Positions 19,151-29,861 are shown, numbered from the stretch's first letter. The stretch is 64,000 nt of DNA from Bacteroidales bacterium (GCA_014860585.1 JACZJL010000068.1:29042-93041), one strand, 5' to 3'. A program made the numbers and translations. The notes: generated from the letters alone by a model not told the origin.

Positions 19151-19203
19151 TTATTACATAATGCACCACAGATTTTTGCATTATGTAATAATTTTTTCTT
19201 TTT
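19151..19203 (+). terminator. rho-independent terminator closing the HU / small-peptide unit
   Basis: A perfect 15-bp stem (TTATTACATAATGCA / TGCATTATGTAATAA) followed by a T-run (ATTTTTTCTTTTT). Confidence 0.7.
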
Positions 19204-19267
19204 AGCGCCTATCAAATTTTGTATTGAGGTACCTGATATTTAGCATAATGAATCAAAACCCCGCAGC

Positions 19268-20818
19268 GTGGATAGGGAATTAATCATAGATTTGAACTCC
19301 TCAGGGGTTGAAATTGCACTGCTTGAGGACAAATCCCTTGTAGAACTTCAAAAAGAAAAGTCCAACAAAAAATATTCGGTTGGCGATGTGTACCTGGGCA
19401 AGGTAAGAAAAATCATGCCCGGATTGAATGCTGCTTTCGTTAATGTCGGGTACGAAAAAGACGCTTTTTTACATTACCTGGATCTTGGGCCAAATGTGCG
19501 TTCCCTGAACAAATTCAGCAAACTCGCTGTAACGGGAAAAATCACTTCTCTCACTCTGGGAGACTTCCGGCTTGAGCCAGAAATAGAAAAAACCGGGAAA
19601 ATTTCGGATGTGTTGAGTGTGAACCAGCAGATCCTTGTTCAAATTGCAAAAGAACCGATTGCTACAAAAGGGCCAAGGATTGCCTCTGAAATCTCCTTTG
19701 CCGGTAGATTTCTTGTACTGGTCCCTTTTTCCGAAAAAATCTCTATCTCCTCAAAAATCCGCAGTGTTGAAGAACGAAAACGCCTGAAGCGACTGATCAA
19801 AAGCATTAAGCCTAATAATTTCGGAGTGATCGTGCGCACCGTTGCTGAAAACAAACTCGTCGCCGAATTGGATGCTGACCTCCGGGATCTTGTTGGAAAA
19901 TGGGATTCTCTCAGCCAAAAAATTGTCAAAGCTGAAGCACCCCAAAAAATTGTCAGTGAGTTAGACCGTACTTCGGCCATGCTTCGTGACCTGCTCAACG
20001 AGTCATTTAACAATATTCATGTAAACGATGCCACCCTTGCTGAGGAGATCAAGAACTACATCAAGCAGATCGCCCCTGAAAAGGCAAAAATTGTTAAGTA
20101 TTACAGTGGCTCAAAGCCGATATTTGAATATTTTGGCGTTGACAAGCAAATTAAAAGTTCTTTTGGGAAAATCGTTACCATAAAAAGCGGTGTTTACCTT
20201 GTCATCGAGCGCACCGAAGCCATGTACACCATTGATGTTAATTCTGGAAACAGGGTTAACCGTGAAAAAAACCAGGAAAATAATTCTCTCGAAGTAAATA
20301 TTGAAGCTGCTACTGAATTAGCCAGGCAATTGCGACTAAGAGATATGGGTGGTATTATCGTCGTGGATTTTATCGACATGACCGAAGCCAAACACCGACG
20401 TGAACTTTACCAGAAGCTTAGGGATGAAATGTCAAAAGACCGCGCAAGGCATGTTATTCTTCCACCAAGCAAGTTTGGTCTGGTTCAGATCACAAGACAA
20501 CGGGTGAGACCTGCCATGGACGTTCAGGTTCTTGAGAAATGCCCGGTGTGCAACGGCACTGGTGAGATTAAACCCTCAATCCTTGTCATCGACGAACTTG
20601 AAAACAACCTGCGCTATCTCATCCAGGATCAAAACGAGAGAAACCTTACAATTACCGTGCATCCGTTCGTTTATGCACACCTTACCAAAGGGTTCCCGTC
20701 AACCCTGTTAAAATGGAGCTACAACCTCAAAACATGGATCAAAGTAAAACCCAATTCATCACACCATTTCCTGGAGTACCACTTTTTCAATAAAAACAAT
20801 GATGAACTAAAGATGTGA
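19268..20818 (+). CDS. rng: ribonuclease E/G family protein (RNase G-like)
   Basis: 516 aa. It has an S1 domain (YSVGDVYLGKVRKIMPGLNAAFVNVG), a catalytic core (TIDVNSG...GGIIVVDFIDM) and a zinc-link CPVCNGTG. It starts at a GTG. Confidence 0.75.
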   Translation: MDRELIIDLNSSGVEIALLEDKSLVELQKEKSNKKYSVGDVYLGKVRKIMPGLNAAFVNVGYEKDAFLHYLDLGPNVRSLNKFSKLAVTGKITSLTLGDFRLEPEIEKTGKISDVLSVNQQILVQIAKEPIATKGPRIASEISFAGRFLVLVPFSEKISISSKIRSVEERKRLKRLIKSIKPNNFGVIVRTVAENKLVAELDADLRDLVGKWDSLSQKIVKAEAPQKIVSELDRTSAMLRDLLNESFNNIHVNDATLAEEIKNYIKQIAPEKAKIVKYYSGSKPIFEYFGVDKQIKSSFGKIVTIKSGVYLVIERTEAMYTIDVNSGNRVNREKNQENNSLEVNIEAATELARQLRLRDMGGIIVVDFIDMTEAKHRRELYQKLRDEMSKDRARHVILPPSKFGLVQITRQRVRPAMDVQVLEKCPVCNGTGEIKPSILVIDELENNLRYLIQDQNERNLTITVHPFVYAHLTKGFPSTLLKWSYNLKTWIKVKPNSSHHFLEYHFFNKNNDELKM

Positions 20819-20928
20819 TCACCACATCAGCCAGCCGTATTCCTTTTGTATGATTTTACCCGGCTTTTCCCAAATAATTTTATTGATCCAACGGGCAGGG
20901 TTGCGGGACTGGTTCAAAAAATTTGAAT

Positions 20929-21702
20929 TCAAGCAACTTTTTGTTTTTCCTTCTTCCCAGGAACTGACACCAGGATGTATGCTATTATAATTACAGGTAG
21001 TGCATAAAATTTTAGCAAGAGAATAAGTCCGGCGGTAAACACCAGAAAAAAAAACTTTAGCTTGTTTTCGCTGAATTTGTAGGATTTAAATTTGAAACCC
21101 ATTAATGGGATTGGTGAAACCAACAACAGGGAGAAGAAAACGGTAATGATCAACAATGAATGATAATTCTGCAGGATCATATTGATCCAGTGGTGATTTA
21201 AATTTTCGGCCTGAAAATTTACCAGTGGCATGGAAGCAAAGAACAACGCATTGGCCGGCGTGGGTAACCCAATAAAGGAGTCCGTCTGACGATCATCAAT
21301 GTTGAATTTTGCCAGCCTGAGCGCCGAAAAAACAGGGATCAGAAAAGCAGCAAATGATGCAAAATTGACTCCATCCCAAAAGAAAAAGGGCAGGTGTTCG
21401 CTGTTTTGCATTAACTGAAAGACTATGACTCCAGGCGCCACGCCAAATGATATCACATCAGAAAGCGAATCAAGATGCAGTCCTAACGGTGATCGGGCAT
21501 TAAGCAATCTGGCCAGCATACCATCGAGAAAATCGAAAACCGCTGCGATCCCGATGAGCCAGGCCGCCAATACAGAATTGCCATTGAAGGCAAATACAAT
21601 CGAAATACAACCACTCAGAAGGTTGAGCAGTGTCACAAAGTTGGGTATGTTTTTACGTATCAAAGCAGCATGTTTTTGATAAAAATAGAACTTAAACTCC
21701 AA
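20929..21702 (-). CDS. pssA: CDP-diacylglycerol--serine O-phosphatidyltransferase (CDP-alcohol phosphatidyltransferase family)
   Basis: 257 aa with a CDP-OH_P_transf motif (DFLDGMLARLLNARSPLGLHLDSLSDVISFGVAPG) and multiple TM helices. Confidence 0.7.
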   Translation of the reverse strand: MEFKFYFYQKHAALIRKNIPNFVTLLNLLSGCISIVFAFNGNSVLAAWLIGIAAVFDFLDGMLARLLNARSPLGLHLDSLSDVISFGVAPGVIVFQLMQNSEHLPFFFWDGVNFASFAAFLIPVFSALRLAKFNIDDRQTDSFIGLPTPANALFFASMPLVNFQAENLNHHWINMILQNYHSLLIITVFFSLLLVSPIPLMGFKFKSYKFSENKLKFFFLVFTAGLILLLKFYALPVIIIAYILVSVPGKKEKQKVA

Positions 21703-22087
21703 ATCGGTTGTTAATCTGATGTCGAAGAAAACGAATGTGCAGATTTTTGATAGCGATCAACAATTTGTGAATTAAGACTGAAATGTCCGGTAAAAGTATT
21801 AATTTTTAATGATAAGCTTTAATACCTCCTCACTATATGACAGTTGATGAATTCATTTTATACCCTCTTAAACAGCGTGCGAACATTGTGCTGAGCGAAG
21901 GGATTGAATTAATGGATAGGATTTACATTTTTTATCATATTAAACTATTCAGGTACAGCGATTTTTTTGTTGAAATATGGTTTTTGCAGATTTCCAAGCG
22001 TATTGACAAAATTCTTGTAGTGAAACAGGAGGATGTTTTACATTTGTACGAAAAAAATATTGACATCTCTGACTTATTTGAAAATAA

Positions 22088-23314
22088 ATGATTCTTCCCC
22101 CCATTCTCTCCCACCTGGATATTGAAGATTACGACTATCAGCTTACAGATGAACGCATAGCGAAATTTCCCCTGGACAAGCGTGACGAGTCAAAGTTGTT
22201 GCTATTCAATGGGCACATGCCTCACGAAGATAAGTTTAAAAACTTGTTTCATCATCTTCCTGAAGATTGTTTACTTGTGCTCAATAATACCCGGGTTGTA
22301 CATGCCAGGTTATTGTTTAGAAAAGAAACCGGCGCCCTGATCGAAGTGTTTTGTCTTGAGCCGGCGCCGCCATCGTCAGAAATTCAAATGGCTTTTCAAC
22401 AAAAGGGTGAAGTGATCTGGAAATGTTTACTTGGGAATGCCCGACGCTGGAAATCAGGAGAATTGAAGGGTACCTTCGGGCACGAAGGAGCCAATATCAG
22501 AATAAATGTGGAAAAAGTTAAGCAGGTTGGCGATTCCTATGAATTGAAATTCACCTGGCAACCTGCCGAACTAACTTTTGCCGAAATACTTGAAGGCGCC
22601 GGCAAAATCCCCCTTCCACCCTATCTGAACCGCAGTGCAACAGAGAGCGATAACGACCAGTACCAGACTGTTTATGCTCAATACGATGGTTCGGTGGCAG
22701 CGCCAACAGCCGGGCTACATTTCACACCGGAACTTTTCACGGCATTAAAACAAAGGAAAATTTCGATCGATTTTGTGACGCTTCATGTTGGCGCCGGCAC
22801 TTTCAAACCAATAGGGAGAGATGGCCTGAGCTCTCACACCATGCACTCCGAACAGGTGATTATCACAAAACCATTGATCGAAAAACTAATCAAAAAAAAA
22901 GGAAATATAGTGGCTGTCGGAACCACTTCCGTGCGGACACTTGAAAGCCTTTACTGGTATGGCGTGAAACTTGAAAAAGACAAAAATGCAGGGTTTCTTA
23001 TCGATCAGTTTGATCCCTATCAATCAGAAAATCAGACAGGGCTTCGGGTGGAAAAAGCGCTCCAAAATACCCTTGATTATTTAAAAAAAACGGGATCAAA
23101 CCATCTGACCGGTTACACACAGTTGATGATAGCGCCCGGTTATCAGTACCGGATGATTCGCGGAATGATCACTAATTTTCACCAGCCACGCTCAACACTA
23201 CTTTTGTTAATTGCTGCCTGGCTGGGAGACAAATGGAAAGAAATTTATGATTTTGCCCTTGAAAATGATTTTAGATTCCTGAGCTATGGTGATGCCTGTT
23301 TGTTTTTAAAGTAA
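22088..23314 (+). CDS. queA: S-adenosylmethionine:tRNA ribosyltransferase-isomerase
   Basis: 408 aa (DYDYQLTDERIAKFPLDKRDESKLLL...VAAPTAGLHFT...AVGTTSVRTLES). Confidence 0.85.
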   Translation: MILPPILSHLDIEDYDYQLTDERIAKFPLDKRDESKLLLFNGHMPHEDKFKNLFHHLPEDCLLVLNNTRVVHARLLFRKETGALIEVFCLEPAPPSSEIQMAFQQKGEVIWKCLLGNARRWKSGELKGTFGHEGANIRINVEKVKQVGDSYELKFTWQPAELTFAEILEGAGKIPLPPYLNRSATESDNDQYQTVYAQYDGSVAAPTAGLHFTPELFTALKQRKISIDFVTLHVGAGTFKPIGRDGLSSHTMHSEQVIITKPLIEKLIKKKGNIVAVGTTSVRTLESLYWYGVKLEKDKNAGFLIDQFDPYQSENQTGLRVEKALQNTLDYLKKTGSNHLTGYTQLMIAPGYQYRMIRGMITNFHQPRSTLLLLIAAWLGDKWKEIYDFALENDFRFLSYGDACLFLK

Positions 23315-23324
23315 ATGATTTGAT

Positions 23325-24125
23325 TTAACGTTCATTACCTATACTGGTAATGTAATTTGTTACCTCGATAGTACCCCCTTTGATTTCAAATATCTTCCAG
23401 ACATTCCCGCGCCCATCTGCGGGAACATTGAAATGATGCAACAGTTGGCCGTTTCCGTAAACTTTCACGCTTGCGCCAGATTTTGAAAGTTGCTTTGAGT
23501 TGTCATCAGATAAATTCGTGAAGTCGTGAACCCAATACTCGTAATTTCCTTCCGTTTCAATTACCTTTACTGTAATCGTTTCCGGCCCATATCCTTTTGT
23601 ATCATCCCTGTCGAGTTGACAAGAACCGTCTTCAGCAATTTTCATATTGCGAAATGATACATGATATTTTCCTTTCTTTTCAAAATGGGCATCAAGGTCT
23701 TTCGGAGTGCGACCCCAGTCAAGGACAATCCGCAGCCATTCCATAGCCATTTCAGGGGACACTGAAATGCGGTTATTGAAAATCGTGCCGGCGATCACCT
23801 CAATATTCAAACTCGTGGCGATATAATCGTCGGCACTGAAGTGGACCAAAAGGTTCCCGTCTTTAATTTTTCTGGGAAACTTGATCTTTCCTTCCACATC
23901 AGTAAAAAAATCGCCGATATTTTGGATGGAAACCGTTGCACCGCTAACCGGGTTTCCATCAAGTGCGTTAAAGAAACGGATGGTGTAGTTTTCTGTGTCC
24001 ATTTCATCATCAAGCACATCACGCATTTTATCAATTTGTGACCAACCATGAAGACAAGCCAGCATGAATAAACCGGCAAGAAAAATTTTCCTTTTCATAA
24101 TCATGTGATTTTTAATGAATTTCAA
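23325..24125 (-). CDS. secreted hypothetical protein with a CarboxypepD_reg-like N-terminal domain
   Basis: 266 aa with a signal peptide. One segment (NALDGNPVSGATVSIQNIGDFFTDVEGKIKF) resembles a carboxypeptidase-regulatory-like beta-sandwich. Its stop overlaps the start of the upstream gene (ATGA). Confidence 0.5.
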   Translation of the reverse strand: MKFIKNHMIMKRKIFLAGLFMLACLHGWSQIDKMRDVLDDEMDTENYTIRFFNALDGNPVSGATVSIQNIGDFFTDVEGKIKFPRKIKDGNLLVHFSADDYIATSLNIEVIAGTIFNNRISVSPEMAMEWLRIVLDWGRTPKDLDAHFEKKGKYHVSFRNMKIAEDGSCQLDRDDTKGYGPETITVKVIETEGNYEYWVHDFTNLSDDNSKQLSKSGASVKVYGNGQLLHHFNVPADGRGNVWKIFEIKGGTIEVTNYITSIGNER

Positions 24126-26764
24126 TATAAAATATCGTTTTTCAAATTCCTGACCTGCTGGGCATTATCAGTATCATAATCGAAAAGCATATTCCCATTC
24201 TGACGATACATCACAACATAATTGAGGTTATACCAAAAAATTGCTTTGCCTACGCGAACACCTGAGAGGACTTCCAGTCGTGCATCACCTGACGAAAGCA
24301 TCACAATTTTAATTTTGGCCTCATTATCAACGCGCATCATATCAATATTCAACCCTTTGCTGTTACTGGTTTTAATGGTAACAATGCCGTCTTTGTTTTT
24401 CAAAAACACGATACTCCCAATAGTATTGTATATGTTCGGGAACTCCTTTTTGAATGAAGGGTTATACTTATCGAATAAAATCTGTACGTCTTTACCTGGG
24501 ATGGAAACATCGCTTGTCCTGATCAGATGAACCGCTGCAAACAGGCCGGCAATTGTTTTTTCATATTTCTGCTGTACCAGCTTGTCATTTTCCTCCTTGA
24601 GCATTTCTATCACACTAAATTCTCCGCCACTGGCAAAGCCGGCTTCCTTCAGGTTCATCCCTGTATTTCTGTTGAATGCTCCGGTAATGAAAATATCTCC
24701 ACCCGATCCGGTTTTGATTCCAAATTGATTAAAGTCTTTGCTGTCGAAGTAAAGATCATTCCCCAGATGGTGGCCGTCCGCAGAAAATTTAGCCACAAAA
24801 TTCAAAAAATTATCCTGATGGATTGTGTCAAAGCCCGCTTTGGAAATCCAGACCGGATGACCACTCCGATCGAATTTTGCAAGGAAAATATCGACCTCTC
24901 CCCCTGTTTGGATACTTTGTTTGCCTAAAGTGATTGCCCCGGAAAAAGTACCGGTAACCAGTGCGTTTCCCTGTTCATCGAAGTTGGCGCTATAAGCAAC
25001 AGCTTTTCCATTACCAGTGCTCCGGTTAAACCAAACCGGTTCTCTGTCAGAATTGAGGAGCATCGAAAACATTGCAGCATTTCCATCGGCGGTTTGATTT
25101 ATTGCGCCAAAACGAAAGTACTCATCAAAATAACCGGTAATAAGTATATTCCCATCCTTTCCGACAATCAAATCAGATTGGTTATCGCCACGATTACCGC
25201 CACCTGCAAGCACCTCTTCCCAGAGTTCCCGTTCATATTTTGCATTCCCGAATTTATTACCAAGCGGTACAATTTCTGCCTCAATTTCCACATAATCAGG
25301 CATGGTCAAACCCACGGGAGCATTGATATAAGTAGGATCGGCCATAACAAATTTTTTACCTTCAAAGATGAGATAATCACCATTCACTGCTTCTGTAAAT
25401 CCTACTGCAGTTGCTATATGACCGGGAAACTGCAAGCCAACAACATCCAGTCCAATCAGGCTTCGGACCAGGTAGGCAAAAAGCACCGAGCGGTCTTCAC
25501 AATCCGAATAAGGATAATGAAATAACTCGTCAGCAAAGAAAAATTTCTCAAACCCGAATTGATCCTGATCGGTCTTGTAGTCGAAAGCTGTCTGCACGAA
25601 ACGTAATAAAATACTGACCGCTTCAAGTTCTGATTTACCCTGAATGAGTGGAGCGAAGTTTTCAACCAGTGAGGTTTTTAACTCATTGGAAACCATCGCA
25701 TCAAAATAAACCTTGATGTCTGATTGCGGGTAATCCTTGTAGAAATCAATGGCATGGCTGTTGAAGTTTACATTGATCGGAGTTTCATTTCCCTCAAATG
25801 TAAATCTGAATTGATAAGCTGATGATTGATCTCCAATGGCCAATACACTATTTACGTTCAGGTCAAACAGGCGGTGGGCTTCCGGAAAATCGTTCTCATA
25901 GGTAAACAGGTTGTTCTGATCACCTTCCATCATATAATAATTCAAATTGTTGAATGTGAAATAATTACGGCTATATACCTGGTTAATGACCGGAAGAAGT
26001 ACAAAAATTTCATTTTCATAAAAAGCAACTTTAGTCAAATAACCTGAGCGGATAAGAAGAAACCAGGTAAGAAACCTTGCTGAATTTGAATCGTTTCCTG
26101 CGATCTGATCTGCAGCTTTGCGCACAAACATATAGTAACCCCAATCATTCAGGTTCATCTGTTCGCGATAATCATAGAACTGATCAAGCAGCGTATTGTA
26201 ATTGGTTGCGCTTAGAAGTTCAAATTGCTTGCTGATTGCTTCTTCATTAATTTCACCAGATAACCTGGAAGCCAGATTAAGATCATATTCAAATGGCAAC
26301 AGAACCCCATAAAAATTGATCTCGGCAATGGTTACAGCAAATTCCTGAGGTTCGCTTTTCATTACCCTCGGCAAAATAGGATCAGGGACAAATTTCGGAG
26401 TAATCAGGGGAGGAACTTTAATGGTTGGAAGGGGCTTTGGAGGTATTGGCCTTTCAGGTTCTTCATAAGATGGAAAGATATCCGGTTTTGGTTCATCGGG
26501 AGGCTCAACTCCCTTAAAAACCTGAAATTGCTTCCACCGTTCGGCCAGGTAGCCGGCAAAGGCTTTATCCTGCTCTTTTATATAATCATCAAATTGCTTC
26601 GAAAGTTGCTCAAGTTGCTTCTCACGTTCTTCTTTAAAGTCCTGCATCTGCTGCTGCCGCTGTTTTTTCCATTCTTCAAACCCGGTTTGCGCAAAGGCTT
26701 CTAAGCTAAAAAAGACAATCAGAAACGATACCATCGTTCGACGAATGACGAAACTTGTTTTCAT
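24122..26764 (-). CDS. large secreted multidomain protein: N-terminal coiled coil, Pro-rich linker, transglutaminase-like core, C-terminal SBBP-type beta-propeller repeats
   Basis: 880 aa with a signal peptide and an acidic/Gln-rich coiled coil (QQQMQDFKEEREKQLEQLSKQFDDY). A Cys-His-Asp transglutaminase-like core is present (YSDCEDRSVLFAYLVRSL...GHIATAV...DPTY). The C-terminus has repeated G[ND]xxxTGxF blades (GNALVTGTFSG, GNILITGYFDE, GGDIFITGAFN). Confidence 0.5.
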   Translation of the reverse strand: MKTSFVIRRTMVSFLIVFFSLEAFAQTGFEEWKKQRQQQMQDFKEEREKQLEQLSKQFDDYIKEQDKAFAGYLAERWKQFQVFKGVEPPDEPKPDIFPSYEEPERPIPPKPLPTIKVPPLITPKFVPDPILPRVMKSEPQEFAVTIAEINFYGVLLPFEYDLNLASRLSGEINEEAISKQFELLSATNYNTLLDQFYDYREQMNLNDWGYYMFVRKAADQIAGNDSNSARFLTWFLLIRSGYLTKVAFYENEIFVLLPVINQVYSRNYFTFNNLNYYMMEGDQNNLFTYENDFPEAHRLFDLNVNSVLAIGDQSSAYQFRFTFEGNETPINVNFNSHAIDFYKDYPQSDIKVYFDAMVSNELKTSLVENFAPLIQGKSELEAVSILLRFVQTAFDYKTDQDQFGFEKFFFADELFHYPYSDCEDRSVLFAYLVRSLIGLDVVGLQFPGHIATAVGFTEAVNGDYLIFEGKKFVMADPTYINAPVGLTMPDYVEIEAEIVPLGNKFGNAKYERELWEEVLAGGGNRGDNQSDLIVGKDGNILITGYFDEYFRFGAINQTADGNAAMFSMLLNSDREPVWFNRSTGNGKAVAYSANFDEQGNALVTGTFSGAITLGKQSIQTGGEVDIFLAKFDRSGHPVWISKAGFDTIHQDNFLNFVAKFSADGHHLGNDLYFDSKDFNQFGIKTGSGGDIFITGAFNRNTGMNLKEAGFASGGEFSVIEMLKEENDKLVQQKYEKTIAGLFAAVHLIRTSDVSIPGKDVQILFDKYNPSFKKEFPNIYNTIGSIVFLKNKDGIVTIKTSNSKGLNIDMMRVDNEAKIKIVMLSSGDARLEVLSGVRVGKAIFWYNLNYVVMYRQNGNMLFDYDTDNAQQVRNLKNDILY

Positions 26765-26887
26765 AAAAACTGACTTTTTGGTTAAACTTAACTAATTGCG
26801 AAACTTAGGGCAAGATTACTAAATTTTCCGGAATTTTTTGTGCAGATTCAAACAAATTTTGTTCCGTCAAGATGACAATTATTATCA

Positions 26888-27997
26888 TTAGTCAACTTTT
26901 TTATACCTCCACATGGCAACTGACAATGCAACAACTGCATAGATAAATAATGACACAAACTGCCGGATAATGTCGGCCAGGCCGGATCCTTTGAGCATAA
27001 CCATCCGCATGATCTCAATAAAATAGGCAATTGGATTGATGACATTAATTATACGCGCCCATTCCGGCATGCTTTCAACTGCAGTAAAAAGGCCGCTCAT
27101 CAGGATAAAAATTACTAAAAAGAACCAGGTCAGAAACATGGATTGCTGCATGGTATCGGCAAGTGTAGAAATGATCAGTCCAAGTGCCAGAACCACCAAA
27201 AGAAACACAGCTGCTACTCCAAAAACAAGTCCGATGCTCCCAACAAAGGGAATATCGAAGAAAATTTTGGCCACAACCAATCCAAGCGCCAGTTCAAATA
27301 TAGCTATGATCCAAAATGGTAAAAGCTTCCCTGCAATGAACTGGTATTTTTTAATGGGCGTTACATTGAGTTGCTCAATGGTCCCGATTTCCTTTTCGCG
27401 GACGACGTTCATCCCCGAAAGAAAAAGAGCCACGATGGTCACCAAAAGAACAAGTATTCCCGGCACCATGTAGGTTTTGTAATTCAATTCGGGGTTGTAC
27501 CAGTAAGCGTATTCGACCCCAACAGGTTGTTCCACCTTCCGGCTGATCATGTTGGCAACCAGGTTCAGATTAAAATCGCGGATGATCGAAATCGTATAGG
27601 CATTGATCAGGCTTGCTGATGAGCCATTGATGGCATTTATTACTAAATTAACGGCAGCTTCTTTTTCGTTCACAATGTCTTTTTCAAAATCCGGAGGAAT
27701 CTGAATAATCAGGTCGGCAACATCTCTTTCGAGTGCTTGTTCGCCCTGGGAGTAATTAAATGAGTACCCTACCATTTTATAAAATGTCGAGCCATTGAAT
27801 TTACTCACCAGTTCGCGCGATGAAGGGCTTTGATCAAGATCAATAATGAAAGTTCTGATACTTTTCATGTCGTAGGTTGCAGCGTGAGCGAGAATCAGCA
27901 GTTGAATGACCGGCATCACAAAAATGATCGGTAACATCATCCGGTTACGGAAAATCTGCAGAAATTCTTTCTGTAAAATATAGATGATCGTCCTCAT
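26888..27997 (-). CDS. ABC-2 type transporter permease
   Basis: 369 aa. An N-terminal TM is followed by a large extracytoplasmic loop and a C-terminal five-TM ABC-2 domain. Confidence 0.7.
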   Translation of the reverse strand: MRTIIYILQKEFLQIFRNRMMLPIIFVMPVIQLLILAHAATYDMKSIRTFIIDLDQSPSSRELVSKFNGSTFYKMVGYSFNYSQGEQALERDVADLIIQIPPDFEKDIVNEKEAAVNLVINAINGSSASLINAYTISIIRDFNLNLVANMISRKVEQPVGVEYAYWYNPELNYKTYMVPGILVLLVTIVALFLSGMNVVREKEIGTIEQLNVTPIKKYQFIAGKLLPFWIIAIFELALGLVVAKIFFDIPFVGSIGLVFGVAAVFLLVVLALGLIISTLADTMQQSMFLTWFFLVIFILMSGLFTAVESMPEWARIINVINPIAYFIEIMRMVMLKGSGLADIIRQFVSLFIYAVVALSVAMWRYKKVD

Positions 27998-29109
27998 TAT
28001 GCCAACCTGATTTTAAATTTCCGGACACTCAGTGCAATAAAAAATATGATCATTCCTGTTAGAATTAAGGTCTCTTTCCATAAATGACCAAGACCAATTC
28101 CCTTGAGCATAACACCACGCAATACGATAATGAACCACTTGGCCGGAATCACATTGGAAATCCATTGTAATGGCCAGGGCATGTTTTCGATGGGGAAAAT
28201 AAATCCTGAAAGCAAAATGGAAGGCAACATGAGCGCTACCATTGAGATCAGCATGGCTACCTGCTGTGTATCGACAACTGATGAAATAAAAATCCCAAGC
28301 GACAATGCCAGGATGATATAGAGAACACTGTAGCCGAGAAGCAGCACAAGGCTGCCTCGGACGGGAACGCCAAAAACAAAAAACCCGAGAATGAGGATCA
28401 TCACAGCAATCATAAAGGCCAGCAATACATAAGGTACGACTTTGCCAATGATGATCTGGATGGGCCTGAGCGGTGAAACGAGCAACACTTCCATCGTTCC
28501 CATCTCCTTTTCACGGGCTATCGAAATGGAGGTCATCATGGCTGAAATAAGTAATAAAAGCACTGTGATGACACCAGGAACAAACATGAAAACGCTTCTC
28601 AATTCAGCATTGTAGAGCATTTTCACTTCAGTCCTGACTTCAATCGGAAGTTTTTTGTCGCTAAACAGTTCCTTTTGAAAATTGCTGATGATTGCCATTG
28701 TGTAATTTGTAAGGATTCTGGCCACATTTGGATCCGAAGCATCTGCCAGGATTTGTAGAGAAGCAGTACCATTGCGTTCAATTTTTTCTGCAAAATCAGG
28801 CTCAAAAATCAATACCTGTTTAATATTGCCTTGTTTAAAAGCGGCTTCAATGGCTGTTTCACTATCAAGGTTTTCGGCCAGGATAAAATATCCTGATGAC
28901 AGAATTTTGTGGGTGAGTTTAGAGGTGACAGGGTCTTTTGAATAGTCAAGTATAGCGATGCGGGCATTTTTGATATCGTTCGTCAGGGCAAAACCAAAAA
29001 TGAGCAACTGCACCACAGGCATCCCGAACAAGATCAGCGAAGTGCGGTAATCGCGGAAGATGTGGTAAAATTCTTTTCTAACAAAACCGATGAATTGTTT
29101 CATGTGCAC
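27997..29109 (-). CDS. ABC-2 type transporter permease (paralogue of the adjacent permease)
   Basis: 370 aa with the same architecture as its neighbour. Its stop overlaps the neighbour's start by 1 nt. Confidence 0.7.
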   Translation of the reverse strand: MHMKQFIGFVRKEFYHIFRDYRTSLILFGMPVVQLLIFGFALTNDIKNARIAILDYSKDPVTSKLTHKILSSGYFILAENLDSETAIEAAFKQGNIKQVLIFEPDFAEKIERNGTASLQILADASDPNVARILTNYTMAIISNFQKELFSDKKLPIEVRTEVKMLYNAELRSVFMFVPGVITVLLLLISAMMTSISIAREKEMGTMEVLLVSPLRPIQIIIGKVVPYVLLAFMIAVMILILGFFVFGVPVRGSLVLLLGYSVLYIILALSLGIFISSVVDTQQVAMLISMVALMLPSILLSGFIFPIENMPWPLQWISNVIPAKWFIIVLRGVMLKGIGLGHLWKETLILTGMIIFFIALSVRKFKIRLA

Positions 29110-29117
29110 AATTTGAT

Positions 29118-29861
29118 TTAGATAGTTTGGGCCCTGGCAAGTTTTAAAAACACATCATTCATTGTTTTTGATTCGTACTTTTCTTTTAGCAAATCAGGAG
29201 TGTCCAGTGCTTTTATTTCACCATCAACCATGATTGAAACGCGGTCGCAATATTCCGCTTCATCCATATAGTGAGTGGTGACAAAAATGGTGATCCCGCG
29301 ATGTGCAGCCTGGTAAATCATTTTCCAGAACTGCCGCCGGGTTATCGGGTCAACTCCGCCCGTGGGCTCGTCAAGGAATACGATTTTGGGCTCATGCAAC
29401 ATGGCTACAGTGAATGCCAGTTTTTGCTTCCACCCCAGTGGCAGTGATTTTACGAGCCGGTTCCGGATATTTTCAAGACCAAGCTCTATTAACGCTTGTG
29501 AGGTTTTTTCCCTGATTTCATTTTTACCCAATCCATAAATTCCACCGTAGAACCGGATATTTTCGACCGGTGTCAGATCCTCGTAAAGCGAAAATTTTTG
29601 GCTCATATAACCAATACTTTCCTTGATTTTGTTGGTTTGGGTATAAACATCAAACCCACCAACCAACGCTTTACCTGATGTGGGTTTCCAAAGGCCGATC
29701 AAAATTTTCATAGCTGTAGTTTTACCGGCGCCGTTTGCTCCAAGAAATCCAAATATTTCTCCGCTTTTTACATTAAAAGTTAAGTCGCGATTTGCAGTGA
29801 AGTCACCGAATTTCTTGACAAGCTTTTCAACTTCAATGATATTTTGGTTGGTAGTTTTCAT
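29118..29861 (-). CDS. ABC transporter ATP-binding protein
   Basis: It has Walker A (GANGAGKTT), the signature motif and Walker B (IVFLDEPTGGVDP). I place the start at the internal Met (complement of 29859-29861). This gives a 4-nt ATGA overlap with the upstream ATPase. The 261-aa ORF reaches to 29903. Confidence 0.8.
   Translation of the reverse strand: MKTTNQNIIEVEKLVKKFGDFTANRDLTFNVKSGEIFGFLGANGAGKTTAMKILIGLWKPTSGKALVGGFDVYTQTNKIKESIGYMSQKFSLYEDLTPVENIRFYGGIYGLGKNEIREKTSQALIELGLENIRNRLVKSLPLGWKQKLAFTVAMLHEPKIVFLDEPTGGVDPITRRQFWKMIYQAAHRGITIFVTTHYMDEAEYCDRVSIMVDGEIKALDTPDLLKEKYESKTMNDVFLKLARAQTI

Noticed and set aside
21837-22091. 84-aa ORF immediately upstream of queA
   Set aside because: It has no recognisable motif and an AT-rich, low-complexity sequence that overlaps the likely queA promoter. 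It is probably not coding. I kept it out of the feature list.
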